Shown here piece after piece: positions 62,728-64,000 of a stretch of DNA of 64,000 nucleotides. Positions within the stretch are counted from its first letter, which is position 1; the number at the start of each line of letters is the position of its first letter. A model generated the notes under the pieces. It was not told the DNA's origin, ran no database searches, and saw only the letters and a list, made by a program, of their open reading frames with translations. Source of the DNA: Candidatus Uhrbacteria bacterium RIFOXYB12_FULL_58_10 (GTDB lineage: Bacteria; Patescibacteriota; Patescibacteriia; UBA9934; GWF2-40-263). The stretch lies in assembly GCA_943354165.1 (NCBI GenBank), contig CALRBH010000001.1, positions 16,828 to 80,827 on the forward strand, given 5' to 3'. A program made the translations under genes and the position numbers.

Positions 62728-64000
62728 ATGGCCGAGGTGAAACCTGATATCCAAACAGCAGCGTCCATTAAGGTAGTTGGTATTGGTGGAGGCGGAAGCG
62801 CTGCCATCAACCGCATGATTAACGATAAGATTAAGGGCGTGGATTTTGTTGTCATGAATACTGATGTGCAGGCTCTGAGCATGAACGCGGCTCCTAAGAA
62901 AATTGCCATTGGAAAAACACTCACGCGTGGGCTTGGTGCCGGAATGAATCCCGAGATCGGGGCGAAGGCTGCGGAAGAAAACATTGCTGACATCCGTGCC
63001 GAGCTTGAGGGGGCTGACATGGTATTCCTTACCTGTGGACTTGGAGGTGGTACGGGGACCGGCGCGATTCCTGAAGTGGCAAAAATCGCGAAGGAATTAG
63101 GAGCGCTCACGATCGCTGTGGTGACAAAACCTTTTTCGTTTGAAGGGGCGCAGCGTCGTCGTATTGCGGACGATGGGTTTGAAAAACTTATCCAGCACGT
63201 GGATGCGATTATTACGATTCCTAACGATCGCGTGCTCCAGATCATCGATAAAAAGACTTCATTGCTTGAGGCGTTTGCCGTGGTGGACGACGTGTTGCGT
63301 CAGGGTGTGAAGGGAATTGCCGAGCTCATCACGGTTCCTGGGCTCGTGAACCTGGACTTCGCGGACGTAAAAGCGATCATGGTTTCTTCCGGTTCCGCGC
63401 TCATGGGGATCGGGCGCGCCAGCGGAGAAAATCGCGCCATCGATGCCGCTAAACAGGCTATCGCCTCGCCGCTTCTTGAACTTTCCATCGATGGGGCAAA
63501 GGGTATTCTTTTTACCGTCACCGGCGGAAAGGACTTGTCCCTACATGAACTCTCCGAGGCCGCGAAGATCATCACGGGTTCCGCTGATGAAGACGCTCGC
63601 GTGATTTTCGGCGCCAACATCGACGAGTCCCTTAAGGACGAAATTCGCATCACGGTGGTTGCTACCGGTTTTGACAGTCGCGAGCGCCGCATGGTGACGC
63701 CTGGTTCCGTAGAGGTGCAGGCGCAGGGCACTTGGACTCCAGGGGGACTCCGCGTGCGTGACGACGAGTACGCTCGTACCATCAAGCCGCGCATTCCGTA
63801 TACTCCACCTTCGTCTCCGCCCACCTACACGCCAAAACCGGCAACTCCCGTCATGCAGCCCCAGGAGGAATCCTCTCCGATGCGGATAGAGCCGCGTCAG
63901 GCTCCGGCTCCCATCTATTCGCCAAAACCCCTTCCTCCAAAACCGCAGACCGAGGAAGAAGAAATCGAAATTCCTGCCTTCATACGCAAAAAGATGATGT
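62728..64000 (+). CDS. ftsZ: cell division protein FtsZ (3' end beyond window)
   Basis: MAEVKPDIQTAASIKVVGIGGGGSAAINRMI…GGGTGTG tubulin signature; absent from the ORF track because no stop occurs before the window end; Pro-rich C-terminal linker. Confidence 0.9.
   Translation, partial: MAEVKPDIQTAASIKVVGIGGGGSAAINRMINDKIKGVDFVVMNTDVQALSMNAAPKKIAIGKTLTRGLGAGMNPEIGAKAAEENIADIRAELEGADMVFLTCGLGGGTGTGAIPEVAKIAKELGALTIAVVTKPFSFEGAQRRRIADDGFEKLIQHVDAIITIPNDRVLQIIDKKTSLLEAFAVVDDVLRQGVKGIAELITVPGLVNLDFADVKAIMVSSGSALMGIGRASGENRAIDAAKQAIASPLLELSIDGAKGILFTVTGGKDLSLHELSEAAKIITGSADEDARVIFGANIDESLKDEIRITVVATGFDSRERRMVTPGSVEVQAQGTWTPGGLRVRDDEYARTIKPRIPYTPPSSPPTYTPKPATPVMQPQEESSPMRIEPRQAPAPIYSPKPLPPKPQTEEEEIEIPAFIRKKMM

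Noticed and set aside
62697-63824. Two minus-strand ORFs (62697..63245, 63300..63824)
   Set aside because: Antisense to ftsZ, whose plus-strand frame runs open to the window end with canonical FtsZ motifs.
1-64000. CRISPR arrays and rRNA genes
   Set aside because: No regularly spaced direct repeats with unique spacers and no rRNA-like conserved stretches were seen; the only repeat families are the TAGTAG palindromes and short tandem units.

Overview
This is a gene-dense window of about 64 kb from a small bacterial genome. Several traits point to a Candidate Phyla Radiation (Patescibacteria-like) organism, though that call is only an inference: ribosomal protein L30 is absent between S5 and L15, there is a short AspRS without the bacterial insertion domain, giant secreted surface proteins are present, and toxin-antitoxin modules and a retroelement are abundant.

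Layout:
- 1-7040: ribosomal protein operon from the 3' end of rpsC through rplO, then secY and adk.
- 7590-8135: a RelE/ParE-type toxin-antitoxin pair with a consensus sigma70 promoter and operator, inserted between adk and map.
- 8148-16913: map, ruvX, recO, asnS, aspS, scpA, scpB, a D-Ala-D-Ala carboxypeptidase, a glycosyltransferase and a membrane hydrolase-like protein.
- 16981-17066: tRNA-Leu(CAA).
- 17067-24997: a visibly GC-richer integrative island carrying a VapBC module, a tyrosine integrase, a secreted M23 peptidase, a cell-wall amidase, two TolB-like beta-propeller proteins, and a tRNA 3'-end-like fragment with direct repeats.
- 24998-25913: an elongator tRNA-Met, then an initiator tRNA-fMet split in its anticodon loop by a 690-nt group I-like intron that encodes a homing-endonuclease-like ORF.
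- 26016-31693: parA, parB, a RelA/SpoT homolog and topA.
- 31794-32317: a RelE/Phd toxin-antitoxin pair.
- 32543-35207: a diversity-generating retroelement (DGR) with a variable repeat (VR) at the target gene's C-terminus, a template repeat (TR), an Avd-like four-helix-bundle gene on the opposite strand and a reverse transcriptase. Its adenine-specific mismatch pattern is visible directly in the sequence.
- 35209-42767: dprA, pth, der, an LCP-family protein, tRNA-Val, lepB, hisS and rpsU.
- 42888-60487: the main candidate novel locus. A YqeY-domain protein fused to a two-helix pilin-like membrane hairpin is followed by three giant secreted proteins of 617, 2385 and 1753 aa. Two of them start with the same pilin-like hairpin. 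They carry Ig-like and IPT/TIG repeats, tandem Cys-rich repeats and a C-terminal vWA domain. Three small single-pass membrane proteins with thrombospondin-type-3-like Asp-rich repeats follow.
- 60489-64000: ybeY, dgkA, ftsA and the 5' part of ftsZ.

A family of four stop-codon-rich palindromic intergenic repeats (AGTAGTTAGTAG units) recurs at 3' gene ends. No rRNA genes or CRISPR arrays were seen.
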